A DNA stretch of 63,763 nucleotides, filler included, from Phoronis australis (taxonomy: Eukaryota; Animalia; Phoronida): assembly GCA_002633005.1 (NCBI GenBank). It is 7 parts of 7 records of this genome, joined end to end, with 100 filler letters (N's around TTAATTAATTAA, not from the genome) between each part and the next. Parts side by side here need not be neighbours in the genome. Positions count along the whole stretch, not along the records: positions 1 to 29,940 come from NMRA01000703.1; positions 30,041 to 34,895 come from NMRA01002474.1; positions 34,996 to 40,585 come from NMRA01002308.1; 4 more parts are not named here. One strand, written 5' to 3'. The notes beneath the pieces were generated by a model. That model worked only from the letters and a program-made list of their open reading frames with translations. It was not told the origin of the DNA and did not search any database. The position numbers and the translations under genes are program-made. Below, piece after piece: positions 24,981-39,889 of the stretch. How positions within the stretch are numbered: position 1 is the stretch's first letter; every line of letters begins with the position of its first letter.

Positions 24981-26911
24981 GGTAGGTGGATACACAAAAA
25001 AAATAATTTTGACTGTTTTTTTACATTTTTATGTCACCCTAATCTTTAATTCTTGATGCACAGTATACTGAAGAAAAATAAAATCATTTTGAAAATCCAA
25101 AGTTGTTTTTTAGCTATACTTGACCAAGCCTCAGTAAGTCACGTGGCTTGAGTGCTCACCAGCTCAGTGACTGACAACTGGGGCGGAGCTTATATACAAG
25201 GACACTAGCTCTAATCTAACCCTGTCAACAAACATTGCGTAACCGGGCAATCGAGAGTGCTGTACCAGCTGATATTGATGTTGTAGCAAGACCAAGAATG
25301 AAATAATTCTATTTTTGACCATGTGAAAGTTGGTAGTGAAATGGTGAACTAGCTCCTGTTCCGAGCCTGAGCCTGTTTGTCTATCTGCAAAAAAAAAATA
25401 AGTTGAGTACGCCAAGTCCTACCGAATCCATCACTGCACTCACCTTGAGGAGTCAGTGCAGAAATTGTGCGTGTATAAGAGAAGTCGGTAAGGTGAGGTG
25501 TGTTGCGAGAGGACGCTGAGCGTCGACGTAGGTGGTGTTGCACGATTCGGTAAGAGTGCATGCACGCGCTGTGAAGACAAGCCGCGCGCGCGCGACACAT
25601 GGACAACTACATGACGTCAGAGTAGAGTCTTTGCAGATAAACCGTGCTTCTGTGCTGGGAACGCGCCGTGGAGAAACTAGGCAGTCAAACCCATAGGATT
25701 TTTTAACTTGCCACTGGCCGTAACCCAAAGAATTAGAGAAATGACCCAGTGTTCCACATAACAAAACTTTTCTAGTGCAGAGATTCAAACGTAACCCTGA
25801 ATTAAAACTCATGATATTATACGATTTTAGAGGAAAGCAATATAAGAAACTTTGGTTAACTTGAGAATATCACCCAAGCGACGCTATTTGCGCAGAAAAG
25901 GATATTTTCTTATCCCAAAGTCCATTTGGTACAGGCACGTATAAATGTTGAACCATTACCATGAAAGCAGTTCTTTATCCTCGTCGCCAATATTGTTATG
26001 TAGACAGTAACACGGCGATTTGATATAACACATATATTGGTTGATGATAATATTGGAATACTAACAAATAGGTCTGTGTAATATAGTTAGAGGGTCTTTT
26101 ACTACACAGAGTGGAGAGTTCCGATGAATCGTACAAACAATCAACACATGGTGGTCGGCACACCAGTACAGCAGACGCTAAGCTCCGCCCACGTGACAGC
26201 CATATTTGTTTTGGTCATCTGTCGTGCTTCACAAGTTCGAAAAAATGATTAAAATTACGCTGTAAACAAACAGGTATGCCACATTTTCTAAACATGAAGT
26301 AAATATCAGCTTTATTTCTAGTACTTCAATAAAAATTGGAACATAATGACCACGCATTCTGAACGAAATTTGATCTCAAGTGGCAATCTAAGACCGCTTA
26401 ACTTCAAAGTCGTTTTTCTCGGCTCGTGATTTCAGGATAGTGACAAGATTCTCTGGCCTATTTTTCCACAACACGTGGGTCAATTTTTACGAAATTTGAA
26501 ATCCTCTTGGACTGAAGTAAAATCGCGTGCCAGGGTTTTTTGATACATGGACCAGATTTTTAGTTATTGGACGAAAAGTGACCAAATGACAAAAAGTGGT
26601 GTGCTTGCCCCAACTCACACACAAAAAATGCCACAAAATCAAGATTATAATGATTTTGTACGTATATTTGGTATGGATAAGTAGAATATTGCGTAAGGAA
26701 ACAGTTGATGATCCCTGTGCATTTTGAAAAAAAAATCGAGGTAAAATTGGATTTTTTGAAAATTAAAAAATACGATTTAAAAAAAACGAACTACAAAAAA
26801 ACTTTTTTTTTCGATTTTTGTCACTTTCAGAGTCACGTCTAACTAGTTAAAACTCCCTTTTCACTCATTTTATTTAGGAACCTGGAGATTTGACCAGTGT
26901 ATACATCTACC
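24981..26911 (-). mobile_element. Non-autonomous Kolobok-type DNA transposon, copy 2 (inverted)
   Basis: TTAA|GGTAGGTGGATACAC ... GTGTATACATCTACC|TTAA. Reverse-complement collinear with 12818-14771; the ORF track shows the shared peptide LQIDKQAQARNRS. Confidence 0.88.
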
Positions 26912-27131
26912 TTAAAACATCTCTACTTTGTTATTCCATAAAAATATCAACAAAACTTTGATTCAATTCTGCTAAAATATCAAAAATTTCTGCACTTGAG
27001 TAAGTGCAGAATTTCTATGAGTGAGAAAAGTTCAGAAATTTTGCAAAAGAGGTATAATTGACTCAAATTCAAAATCATCCTGATTAAAGATACGAGACAG
27101 AGTTTGAAATGTCAGCCCTCAGAGACGAGGT

Positions 27132-27233
27132 ATGTACTGGGGCAAGCAGGCTATGAATGTACTGGGGCAAGCAGGCTATGAATGTACTGGGGCAAGCAGG
27201 CTATGAATGTACTGGGGCAAGCAGGCTATGAAT
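27132..27233. repeat. 25-bp minisatellite, 4 copies
   Basis: ATGTACTGGGGCAAGCAGGCTATGA x4. Confidence 0.97.
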
Positions 27234-29940
27234 TTCAACAAAAACTCATCATTGAGCATTGATATTATTTTACACGTAAAATCTTGGACACTTTACGCGG
27301 CGAATATCTGAGAGAACATGGGATGCAGAGTGTTGATTTGCACCCACCGTGTGCATGAACATACAGCGTAGATACAAATTAGAGATGATCCCTACTAACC
27401 AGAGCAATGCTAATGAAGCAGACTTAATAGCTGCCTCTAGTGGGTGCAAGTCAGAAATGCTCTCCTCAATAGGAACATAGCTGCCTCCTTCATTATGATT
27501 TTTCAAAAAGTTTGAAAGATTGAGATGCAGACAACAAAGGACACAAAAACAACAGAAGGGTCACTTGGGGCACAATGTAGGTTAAATCCAACTGAAACAG
27601 GGCAGGTGCTGTGTCTTCCTGATAGCAAAGCATTAGCCAAAATTCATGACACATGCAAAGAAAAAACAAATTGCCACTTTAGCAAGACTAATTGCAATGG
27701 TCGAATTTGTCACAAAATCCATGTCAGTTGTACTCTCCTCCAAACAAACACATGCCAAATTTCATGAAGATCCATCAAAGGAAAGAGATGACAGCAATAT
27801 GCACCCACATGTACGAAAAGGCTCCTGGAACTTTATATTGTGTAATAGCAAAAACAAAACAGATATTTTATTCAACCAATGGTGTGGCAAAACATTAAGG
27901 TTACACACTACATTATTGTCAAGTATGTGTTTAGACAATATTAAAGATTTTAACTCCGTAAAAGTATATAATTTCTGAAAGCAGAAAGCCCATAAAATCT
28001 GATTTTTTACTTTTTACTAACCTAGCATTAATCGGGTCATGGTACCATGACGATTTGCGATTTTAGTAAAATTTAGGAAAAAGGTACACTGATAGTAAAA
28101 CAATGGCCAACAGTATCAATAACAAAATGTTCTCATGAGATCTCAAAAATGCTGTTTTCTAAAATATTGCTTCATTTTCAATCATGCAACTACCGGTAAT
28201 AGATATTCGTATTAAAATCTTAGAAATACTATTATTTGATAGCCATTCAAGCAAAAACGGAACATTTCATAAACAATTCCAAGTAACAATGTTTTGGAAA
28301 CAGTACATAAAACAAAGTATCCGAAAGTATCCTAAATCAGACCAACTATTTCTGAGATATGAGTTTTACCCTTAGTTTGACTTGAGAAAGATAGATTAGC
28401 CTTCAAAAAGTACATAATTATAGAAAACATAAGCATGAATTAATTTTTTTAATGGCCAAATGTTTGTTTAGTTTCTCACAGGTGGAAGAATTCAGGTGAT
28501 CAGAACTTCTTACCCATAAAACGTAAATACGGCATGGAAATGTCAGCACTGCAGCTGATGTTTGATGTGAGAGTGTACTCATAAAAATAATACATTTTAC
28601 TTAATTTCAACTCATGAAAATTGCATGACCACACTTGATTATTTCCCGCTCCGTGCAGACTGTACCAAGATCAAACAACCACACAGAATCACTGACGACA
28701 ATAACTGGAAAGCTAACACGCCGTCAATTACAAGATTACAAAAATGCTGAATGACAACTGATTGGCAAGAGATGAACCTCTTTAATATGCATGCAAAGAA
28801 AAGTCACATTGTACACGTCAGAATGTATTTCTGGGTGGCAATCTGATTAATTTAATGACCACGCTGTGACCGCATTGTACTGAGAGTTGTCAGCAATGAT
28901 TTACACTCCTTGGCATAACAACGTTGATCGCCGTTGACTAATTCATCACATTACAAAAATCTCTTACATCGCTGAAAAAGGGCAAAATTCTGAGTTACCT
29001 AATATAAAATTTCAAATACTGTACCATGTTCACTGCAAGGATGCTTTTTGTTGAAAGGACAATCTTTTACGGGGGTCGCGAAGCCAAGATCCCCTTACAC
29101 AGAACCGTACAGGAAAAAGGTACTATACAATAACAATGATTCAAATAATGTATAAATATCTAAATAAAGATTCTTCTAACATCTGACTATAGCATATAAA
29201 ACTGAGTTAAGTTTCACAACAGCTTTCTGTCAGCAAACACTGAATCAGCATCCGCTCACAGGACGGGGAATTAGTTTTATTGCATCTGAAGTTGGTAACG
29301 CAGTATGATTTATTCATTGTTGATGTCTCAAACAATTTGCACTCAGGACCACTCCTACGGCATTACAAATTGTATCAGTCTACTGACAGAGTTAGACTGA
29401 CTATTTTAGTTTTAATTTTTTTTAATGTTTATTACGAAATCTTCAGAATGAATATACATAACCCAGAAAGCGCCAAGAGGCATTACATCTGGGTAAAAAA
29501 AAAACAAAGAAGTCTATATACAATTATTATATACGAATACATAAATAAAAAAACTGATGCTAAGAATACAATGATATATGACAGCGAATGAAAATTATTC
29601 ATTTTCATACAGATGTATAAAATTCTATCCACTCACACAAAGAGATTTAATGTTATAAAGAAATTCTGATACTATTTCAAATAAAACCTTATTTTCGTTT
29701 GAGTTAAGTTCTTGACATCCATATAGAAAGAAATTAATTTTGTTGTACAATTGCGGAATTTCAGAATATTTTTTATAAACATTGGGGTATTGTTCGAGTG
29801 CCTGGAAGAGCTGTACCCTCTCCTTGCATACCTCACAAGCAAAGAAAACATGAGGATATGTCTGGGTATCTCCACAGGAACACAGAGGCGAAATATTATT
29901 AAAATTATGTCTAAATTTCTCGTTGTTTAGGAATAGACCA

Positions 29941-30040
29941 NNNNNNNNNNNNNNNNNNNNNNNNNNNNNNNNNNNNNNNNNNNNTTAATTAATTAANNNN
30001 NNNNNNNNNNNNNNNNNNNNNNNNNNNNNNNNNNNNNNNN
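29941..30040. other. Artificial sequence linker (also 34896-34995, 40586-40685, 47587-47686, 52991-53090, 61176-61275)
   Basis: Each is exactly 44 N + TTAATTAATTAA (stops in all six frames) + 44 N. Confidence 0.97.
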
Positions 30041-30799
30041 AACAATTAATTTACGTTGTTAACAATTAATTCACGCCGTTTATCGTTATTTTATGCCGTT
30101 AACAAAAATCAATTTGACACGAAATTTTTGTGAGTAACGTTCACTGCGTTGGGCATTAACATCGAAAGGGTACATTGCAGGCTAATCAAACAAAGCAATG
30201 AATGTGTCAATGATCGATTTTCATTTGCTAAGGTACATGTATATCTGACATAAATGCGTTAATGTCAGGTATAATACAACGTGGTCCGTGGATCGGATTA
30301 ATGTTATTTATGTATTTATGATACCAATAAAATTATGGTTGACATTTTATGGTTGACTTGTGTAAAATAATTGGATTAAGGAATAATATAGCACTACACT
30401 AACCTTACACGGGCGTTGTACTGCCACAGCCTGGGCGTAGTGCGCGTGCCCTACGCCGTTTCGCACAATGATGGAACGTCTAAATGGGTAGTGTAATTTC
30501 TATTAAATAAAAATTCCGCTTTGTGCCCACAGTTTATTCCATGAAATTATCGTGGGGGAAATAAAAATGCTAAAGTCAGAAATGATAAGCTTTCGGAGTG
30601 TATACACTTTAGAGTATACAGATACACGGTCTTTGCATGATGTTACACAGTGGTAACTCTCCGAAATAACTTGACATTATACTCATTTCCAATTTTCCTA
30701 ATCTTAGCAAAGTCACAAATAATGCTTTTTTATGTATAGTGCATCATTGGACAATTTTAACAACAATAGTTATATGCAATAATGAAACGTTAACATGTG

Positions 30800-31585
30800 T
30801 TTTCATGAACCGGGTTTTCACATGCCTGATGATATCGAATGGTTCGTAGATTGATGAACGAGTTAAATGTAATTAGAATTTACCGTGATTTTCTCGTTAA
30901 TTATTTGGGTATTCCAACTGATTTACAGTATTTCAGAACCTCAACTGTCGCGCAAACAGAAAATCAAGAGCTTCTATGTTAAAACTGTATTATTTTTATT
31001 GTTCTGCAAACTAAGTACTGTTTTAAGATCCTAACATGTATTTTTCGTGAACTGTATTTTGTTTTTACAAACGTCATATCTTTGTTGATATGATTCTTAT
31101 TTATTTTTGTTTGATGAGAGTGTTCTAAAATTGTTATTAGGATTTGTTGTGTGTGTTTTATTTGTTATTCATTTGGACATCTCAGCAGATTTACATCAAT
31201 GCAGTACCTATACCGTCGTAAAGGCTGACAATAAAGTACCCCTTTCTTAAAACCGAATTATTTTTTAGTATTGAGGAAAATACTTAGTGTTTTGAGAACC
31301 TGGTATTTCATTTTCGTGAACCGGGTTTTGTTTTTACATACGTGATATCTTCCGCAAGTATTGTTGCTTGTTTGATTAACATGTTTTAACATTGTTATTA
31401 CTGTAAGTGTTTTGCTTGTTATTCTTCTAGTTTTCTGGCAATTCTTGAATATCGTTGTTAGTTTTTTCATTATGTTGGCTTCGCTTGAAATTATACTATT
31501 GGTACTTCTTGATGGATGATTTCTTGTAGTTTGCTGTTGATGCTGATATTCATTCAAGTGTTGCACCCACTGTTCCTTTAAACGA
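30800..31585 (-). mobile_element. Possible highly decayed Penelope-like retroelement remnant
   Basis: Frameshifted minus-strand fragments SKLQEIIHQEVPIV / FKRSQ and TCGRYHVCKN resemble the PIV.FKR..NL and C..C..C region preceding PLE GIY-YIG domains. Confidence 0.3.
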
Positions 31586-32699
31586 TGAAATAAATCTTAT
31601 GGAAATTACTAAACTGTAGTCCAAAAAACATCCTTAGAATGCTTGCTACTGATATCGTCAAAAAATTGTGAACGACCACAGTCCATTTTTTGAAATGGTT
31701 TGGCAACCAACAGGCTCCCATGGCAACCCCCTAAATGGAATGCTCCAGGAATGGCCACGAGGTTTGATAATTCTACATCGTAAAAAATCTAGGTTGCGAT
31801 AAAGACTATAGTGTAATGTATAGCTGACAGTACAACATTTTCTTGAAAGGAGAAGATATTTGTTCAATTTGTGTCAATCAGTAGCTCAGCCCTCCCTCAA
31901 TACTGAACAGAGTACTAATATTTACTAAATGCTGTGCCTGCCAATGACAGCCGATAACTTGTGATTATTTTAAATCAGTTAGACCCTAAGCACGTCCTTA
32001 GCCCGACTTGGCCATATATGATCGCCGCTCGCACTGCACAAATCTTTGCATTAACGTGATGTTGTGAATATGCGTGTACTGCATGAATCAAGAAATAGAT
32101 TACACTCCATACATATATTTAATTGACTTTCCGGATTTCTTCCAACGAACTGCGGCTGTCAGGGTCGTCAACAGATTTTCTCGGTGATCTCTCGATGGTA
32201 CCGTCCGGTTTTGTTTCCAGCTAATGAGTCCTAATGGACCATGCACCAAGATCGAATTCTTGGGAATGTGGATCTTTTACTAAAAAAAACGAGGTACGCC
32301 CAGAACTGTGAATTGTGTGTTAGCCGAATTTTGGTAGTTTCTGCCTTATTAGTGAATTTTGTTTTGTTTTTTCAGACTTTTTGGTTCTCTGATTCGAATG
32401 TTTTTGCCCACTCCGCCAAATGGGGGACTCCTTGGAACCCCCAAGCCCCACTTCGGTGCGCGCATGTGGACGTGTGGAGAACTGTGAGTTGAAGTCAAGT
32501 CTTTCCTACATTAATAGTCTTATATTCATTACTATATGAGTCGTGGGGTGCATGGCTGGAAGCCGGGCATCGAATTTCTCAAAATTAAACTGGATTGTGA
32601 CTGTTCGGTACGGAAATTCCACGACACGTATTTTCTATTCAGGAATTAAAGTCTCTGAAGGACCAAAAAATACACTCAAAAACGCACTTTATCTTGCCA

Positions 32700-33245
32700 G
32701 AACCTCTAATTTATCGCTCAGGACCAAAATTTAACACGCCAGGACACCAAATTTACAGCACCAGGACAAAAAAATATCACGCCAGGACATAGAATTTCTT
32801 ACCAGGAGATGATAAATAACGTAGAAAATAAATCTGAAACTAAATAAGGTGATCCAGATCCTCCCAAGGATTTCAGTTGATCCATTCTTGTTGTATTATT
32901 TACCTATTTACCTGTAGAAAATTTCGTGCCAGGATAAAATTGCATGCCAGGACTGAGAAAATTTCGTGTCAGGAGAAATTTTCTTACCGGTTTTCTGCCA
33001 GAAGACCACGTGGCAATGACGATTAGCTGTGTCACTATTCGGGCTTCTGCTGTTGTAAAACGTGGAAGAGACAACAGAAATTCAACCTCAGTGTCACGAT
33101 AATATGACTGTCTTCGGCGAGATATTGTGTACCTACACATACCACGTCATCTCTTTCACGTGATTGTGGATTTGTCCTGACGTAATAAAGTTTTTGTCCC
33201 TACAGGTGTGTGTTCAATTTTGGTTCCTGGCGCGATAAATTTCTG
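32700..33245. mobile_element. MITE-like element with CCAGGA subterminal repeats
   Basis: AATTTATCGCTCAGGACCAAAATT mirrors AATTTTGGTTCCTGGCGCGATAAATT, and many CCAGGA motifs are present. Confidence 0.5.
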
Positions 33246-34995
33246 TTTTGGGTATACTTTTTGGTAATGCAGAGAATTGAATTGTTGAATATAAAAATTG
33301 TGTTCCAGAAGTTTTTCCATTTTGGCTTTCTATTGTTTGGTATGGCCAATTTACAAGGCATGGCACAGTTTCGACGGCTAACAATAGACATTTAGACGGT
33401 TTGTATCCCATGACATGCGAAATAATAATATGCATCTTCACAGAAATCTACTGTTTCTGTTTGGAGGTTAGTCGCAAACACGTGGCATGGGAATCAGCTG
33501 GAAAAGAATAGGGAATCGCTTCGTTACTTTTTGTCGCCGTTTTTTAGAGTGTGCAGTACAACTATAAAACACGAGCTTGAGAGGAAATCATCGATATATA
33601 CATGTACAACTGTCATTATTCTAGCAGTCACAACCGATAAAGCAATTCTCAATAATCACGCAGTATATACTTATGTATGTCTCAACATCAGAACAGAAAA
33701 ATATCGTAAATATCATTTTCCAACCAATCAGGATGTCCCATTGCTACTTCGTTTAAAAGGTATCTTTGTCACCACAGCGCTGCCCTCTGTAGCATAGGAG
33801 AAGGGTGTGTCTCTGTTCCTGCCCTATTACTATTAGTGACGACCAATTCACAGACGAAAGGGACAACTTCGTGATACCAATTTTGTAACGGTAAATCAAG
33901 TGTTCGCATCCGATGACGGAACACAGTTTTATGGCCGCATTAACATGAGAGTTCTGCAACACACTAGATAATATATTTAATGCTCTATTATAAGCTATAC
34001 ACAGCAATTTTTGTTTGAATAACAAGTCATACAAATTCCGAATGAAAACATTTATGTGATATAATATCATACACGAAATACCACTTTAACAAATGAACGG
34101 AACCACCGCATGTATAATACATGTTTACTTACTGAATTAGTAAATAAAGTAAAACGAAAATTATACAGTCAACTTTGAAAAGCGCTGATTTGATACAGAT
34201 TCGTTCATATAAAACTACTTCAGAGTTGCCATCCTAAAATGCCCCACTTTCCAAAATACGCGTCACACTAATACATGTAGTAGAAACAACGAGTTTTCAA
34301 ACAAGTAGCAAAAGCAACAAACTATAATCGAAACAACAAGAAAACAACGTTACAAGCCGGTGGGTGAGGAATTGAATAAGTTCAGAGTCCTGCCAATAAC
34401 TCAACGTCGCTGACGAGAGTTTAGAGTTCTGCTAACACAACGTACATGTACGTCGCTCACAAGAGCTGGTTGGCGGGGGTCAGGCTTTATTGATAACCAC
34501 ATACAGAGCAATCCGTTGAGTTCAGAAACCTCCATAGCATTACTGAGGAAAGCTGGCGACCGAAAGCTCCATGGAGAGTTGCAGGTAAAATAGTCCGCTG
34601 TTCAAACCACCTCCTCTGGCTGTTGTCTCATCACGTGGCTCACATAGGATATATATCCAGCTCCACCTATTGATCGGCAGCTGAACTAAGGATACATGAC
34701 ACACTGCACACGCGCGCACACACAAACACACGCACACACAGTATATAATATTTCGTATCCGCTTGACAGTGTATACTTTAGAGTGCATGTTAACTTTTTT
34801 CATGTTCATCTTCTATGAAGTGTCCATGAGGAGAACTTTGCTTCTTTTAGACACGAGGGAGCCCAGTGAATGAAGTACACGTATTAACGCCAGCANNNNN
34901 NNNNNNNNNNNNNNNNNNNNNNNNNNNNNNNNNNNNNNNTTAATTAATTAANNNNNNNNNNNNNNNNNNNNNNNNNNNNNNNNNNNNNNNNNNNN

Positions 34996-35046
34996 CGTAT
35001 GCGGTGCAATTGTGGGCGCATTTCAACGCTCTGCGTTGCTCTTGTA
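34996..35046 (+). mobile_element. 3' terminus of a HINE family C copy
   Basis: TGTGGGCGCATTTCAACGCTCTGCGTTGCTCTTGT: subTIR plus hairpin, complementary to 16646-16683. Confidence 0.75.
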
Positions 35047-38000
35047 TACATTTGGACAGAACTTAATTTTCATGTAGTGGCAACAGATGATGTAAAATGT
35101 GTAGGACATTAGTATTCACCCTTTGTGTTGGTTATTTGATGGGCATGTCAACTAGACGTTGTTAGCCAGTACGATCATCAAACTCCCAAAATACAGCTTT
35201 ATAAATAACACTCAGCATGCAGTCAGGTCTCAAATGTTAACATCTGGAACAAAACTGTTAATTGTATGACACAATTGCTAAATATATGTCTGCAACTCAG
35301 GTGCCAATTCTTCGGTAACTACAATATCAAATATTGTTGTTATTTAACTATTTTCTCTAAATGTTACAAGTTCAATGCACAGTTATCGTTGCTTTCATCT
35401 TTATTATCACTTTTCAAGTAAAAAAGAGTTACATTTAAAAATGTTTCTTTTACTAGAGAAAACTTGTAACGTAATTCATAAGCACACATATATTAGTAGA
35501 ATGTGATATGCCATGTGAACAATCTGGGTGAAGTATTTAAAAAAATCTGTTGAAAAAAATGAAAGAATTCAAAGCAGGCCTTTATCCAAGATTTCGAAAA
35601 TACGGTGTCCAAATGGGGTTCCCAATATTCCAGGGCGTCCATGATTCCGACGCATAACCCCCCACCCCCAGCAATCCCCCCAAACACAGATTTTTTTTAC
35701 AAAAAAATGCATAGACCAAGGTTTTTACATCTAAGTTTACAAAACAGCCTTCTGTAGTGAGCATTTTTACTAAAAAAAATGTGTAGACCAAGACTTTTAC
35801 AATACTAGCAACCAAGTGTGAGCAATTAGCAACATTGTATATACTTTGTATATACATTGTATATGTCTTCCAGCTTTGAAAAAAGAGCCACCACTGTGAG
35901 TCTTCATAGGCTTCCTAGTAATCATTACAATGTGTGTATGTTCAAACTTGAAAGGTTCCTATTGATAGTAGACATCCAAATTATACATTGGGCATCCTTG
36001 CCAGGGCGTCCATTGCTAGGGCGTCCATTTGGACGAAAGGACATACGCTGCATAAGGGCCTGATTCAAAGCCTATACAAAACATACCTAGATTTGCGTAG
36101 AGGAAGTAGTATCCCACTCGACATCATTCAGCATACCGATATGCGGAATAATGTCTCATGGGATATTACTTAATCTACGCCACTCTGGGTACGTTTTGTG
36201 TATTTACACTGGCACTTTGAAATTTGTATTGAACCATGTTGCCTGGGATTTTAAGTCACAATGCAGTGCCATCTTTATAAACCATTGTTTTAGTTTATGT
36301 TTTGGGGTGATACCCCTTGTCTTGATTCTGTGGACTGAATAGAGTTGATTGATTACTAGCATGCTTTAACTGCGATATTCAGTGCTGCCTCCCTACCATC
36401 TCTGAATGCACTCATCAGACACTTGGTGTAAAAAGTCTTCGCTGATAAGAAGTCGTGAATTTTTCCCCATAACTGAAAATCTCACTTCTGCCAACCAATT
36501 GCTTCAGTGGCAGTAATTTTGCTAGTTTACGTGCCCACGCTTACCATACTCACAAAATGTTTCATTCGCTGAATTACAGTCCCGTTTAATGAGTGATTGT
36601 CTGGACTGCTGTCCTGCATTTATGAAGCCAAAGGTTTATCCTTGGACAAACCTCTGGTCAGGTTCACTTCAAATTTTGTCTATTCACTGATCAAGGAGTG
36701 GGAATGAAGTAACTTCTCATCTTACCCTGACGATATGCAACTAGTTGTGGCAAATGCCTATTGTGCTTTGTCATTTGGACTTTCCCTCTTCTGTCTTTCC
36801 CTTCTTTGAGCTCACTTGAGCCAGAGCTTGATGTCTCATTTACTCAATTTCCACCATTCAATGAAAATGAACTTGGCTCATACAGGTTATCCTTGAAGTG
36901 ATAAAGCAATGGAGGCAGTCTTTGCTTCTGGCTCTGTAGATTTCAAAAGTAAATTGAATGTTAAAACCATTTCTTGTTTAATCCACATCACCTGCCTGTC
37001 TTCTCTCATAAAGAAATGTAAGACTTGACCTGATTAATTCTAACCAATCATAAGCTTTGTTTGCTAGGTCCCTTCAGTCAACCACAATTGAATGAATAGC
37101 TTGTCTCAGGTATCAGTGAATATGACAAATATTTTTCGAGTAGTGTAGGGTGTTTTAGTTTTCTCATCTTTTGGTGTTACTTTTCTCCCCAAATTAATCA
37201 ATAATGTGATTTCAAAGTATTCTGTGCATAAGTGACCTATTTTAGTTTATGTTGAATGCTCAAGAGCTTAATTGTTCATGCAGACTTTGAATACTGATAT
37301 TAATGTATTCCAATTTTGTATTTTTTACATTTCTGGGGTTTTTTTTGAGAAAATACCTATGACATATATGGGTGTCCTTGCGCATGTGTGGATCTCACTA
37401 CACTTAGTTGATTTATAAGAGGGCATTTAAATTATCACTGAATTCAGATTGCTCTAGTAAACTCCATGTGGGATGGGAAAGGCACTTGATATAAAAATAT
37501 GGGTGGTTGTGTTGTGGAAAATAAAAAACACCAGTTGTTATCCATGTAAAAAAAACAAAATATGGTAATATGGTACTGGTTATTTACATTTTTCATGCAT
37601 GAATTTGTCGCCTTGGGAATTTTGGCATGTGTTCCACACAACAAGGGACAATCACACCTAACCAAATTCCCATGCATTATCAGCCATGAATTTGTGCTGT
37701 GCAGCAATTCATTACACAACTGGGTACTTACAATGAGTCATACTCATTTGAAAATCATAAAGCACAAACATGTTTATCACAGGTCTCTTATGTTTGTGAA
37801 CTGGGGTATGGCTGTAAGGCACTTAGTGTTCTCAGCATGGCTCCACTAGAATTCTTAATCTTAATCTAGGACCAATATCAATGTATAATACTCCCAGCCT
37901 TAATGGTCTAAACAATACTGAATTGTCCAGTTAGCTATTTATGAATAAGGGAATGCAAAATATTTTTGTAAGGGTGAGAATAATTGAGTAAAATTGGTAT

Positions 38001-39889
38001 TTCTGGGTCATTCTGTATATGATTAATCCATGCAACACATCCATGCTAGTATTTAAAGTATAAAACTGAATTACTTATTAAGATACATGAACCCACTGAA
38101 CATTGTCAGTGTTACTGTTTTTGTGTGCCTAAACACTCAGGTTTGGATTGCAAGGATCAGTAGGAGTTAAGCACCTTTAATGACCTAAAAAAATTAAAAA
38201 ATCCATGATTAAATTTGTCATAGAATGTTATTGTATTTTGCCATTCTGCAACAACATTTCTGAGTTATTGAAAAACATAGCTGGTGGGTAATGTGTGCAT
38301 TCCGCTCCCATACCGATTTTATTTGGACACCCCTTACTGTAGTTAATGTAATGTATAACTTTTTCTTTATTTTTTAGAAAACAAAAAGCTTGAGTTCCTC
38401 ATAAGTACATGCAATATGTAGTAATTAGCAATTTGAAGTCATTGGGAATGGTGATTATGTTAAAAATTCAGTTCATTTGGGACAAAAATATTTCCTAATA
38501 TTGTATTTTTTCATTTCCAAAGGCTTGCTTGTTACCTTGGTATAGATGTTTACCACCTGTTGAGAGCTTTGCAACACAAATCATGCTCGCTCCCAAGCGT
38601 ATCTTAAAATTTGTTTTTGCTACTAATCTCGACAACATGAAATTACAATCACATTTGTCTGTCAAATTGTTTCTTAAGCTGACAAATTTTCAATATAAGT
38701 GACTGTGAAGTCAAATTTGCAAAAATACTAATTATGCTAACTAAAATTAGCAGTTGTGAATATAATCAGAGAAGCAATCAGTGACCTCCAATCAGAATGT
38801 CTACGATTGGCTTAGTCAACTTGTTATTAGACTTATTCAAAATCTGGGGACTGTATGCCTTAACTGCCAGTAAATTTCAAAACATATTTCGGGCACCTCA
38901 TCCAGTGGTTCATTACATGCCCAGCATCAGGAGGCCATTACTGTCTAAACCACAACTTTTTGATGGGCCAGTTAGTAGAATACACAAACTCCATTAGGAG
39001 GGATTTTGCCTTTGTGTAGTGCATTTGGACCATTCTCTTTGTAAAGTACAGTGGTTTTAAGTTTTTGTCCACCAGTCTTGGTAGCAATATGTGAAAAGTG
39101 TTCTAACATCGACCAAACTTTTGCTCCTAGGCTATTCTAAGATGAACTGCGACAAATATTCAAAGCAAAACTGGTTGCTCTGAAAGTGTCTTAAATAGAA
39201 GGTTTGGAATGCTGTGATACCCCTAAAATATAACAATTTCGTAAAATGTAACAACTTGCATTTTACATCATTGTTACATTTTATATTGCTAAGCCTCTCT
39301 TAAAATGTGACAAGTTGTTACATTTTATGTAGTTGTTACATTTCAGGTGGAAGCACATTCGAGAAATGTACCATTGTTACATTTTACAAAACCCAAGTCA
39401 TATTGCAAAGAAAATGACCAAAATTGCCAACAAGTGGTATCTGACATGGCCGGGGGTACTGGAGTAATTTTAGATGAGGATTGTTGCCCAAAAAATTTGA
39501 ATATCGACCCGTTTAGAGAGTGGGCTCGAACAAAAAAAATGACCCATTTAGAGACTAATTTGTGTAAAAATTCACATTTTTGCTCACTTCTGTTTCAGAA
39601 ATTCAGGAAAACTACCTTTTAGATATATTTTTTTCGGAAATGGCACCATTTTGGAGAGTATTTTTTCTGTGAAAAAACACCCTTTGGGCTGCACTTTTCG
39701 TATACATCTTCTATAGGAATGAGACGGGCTGACACGACATGAATTTGGCTACCTATTATCATTTTTATTAGTATTACATTACCATCACTACTGTCACTGC
39801 TATTAATGCTGTTACTGCTATCACTAGCATTACTCGTTATCGCTTCGTTTTCGTTATTGTTATTATTATTATTATTATTAATATTTTAA

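Noticed and set aside
29941-30040. TTAATTAATTAA inside N runs as a biological motif
   Set aside because: The identical 100-nt construct occurs six times. It is an artificial six-frame-stop linker.
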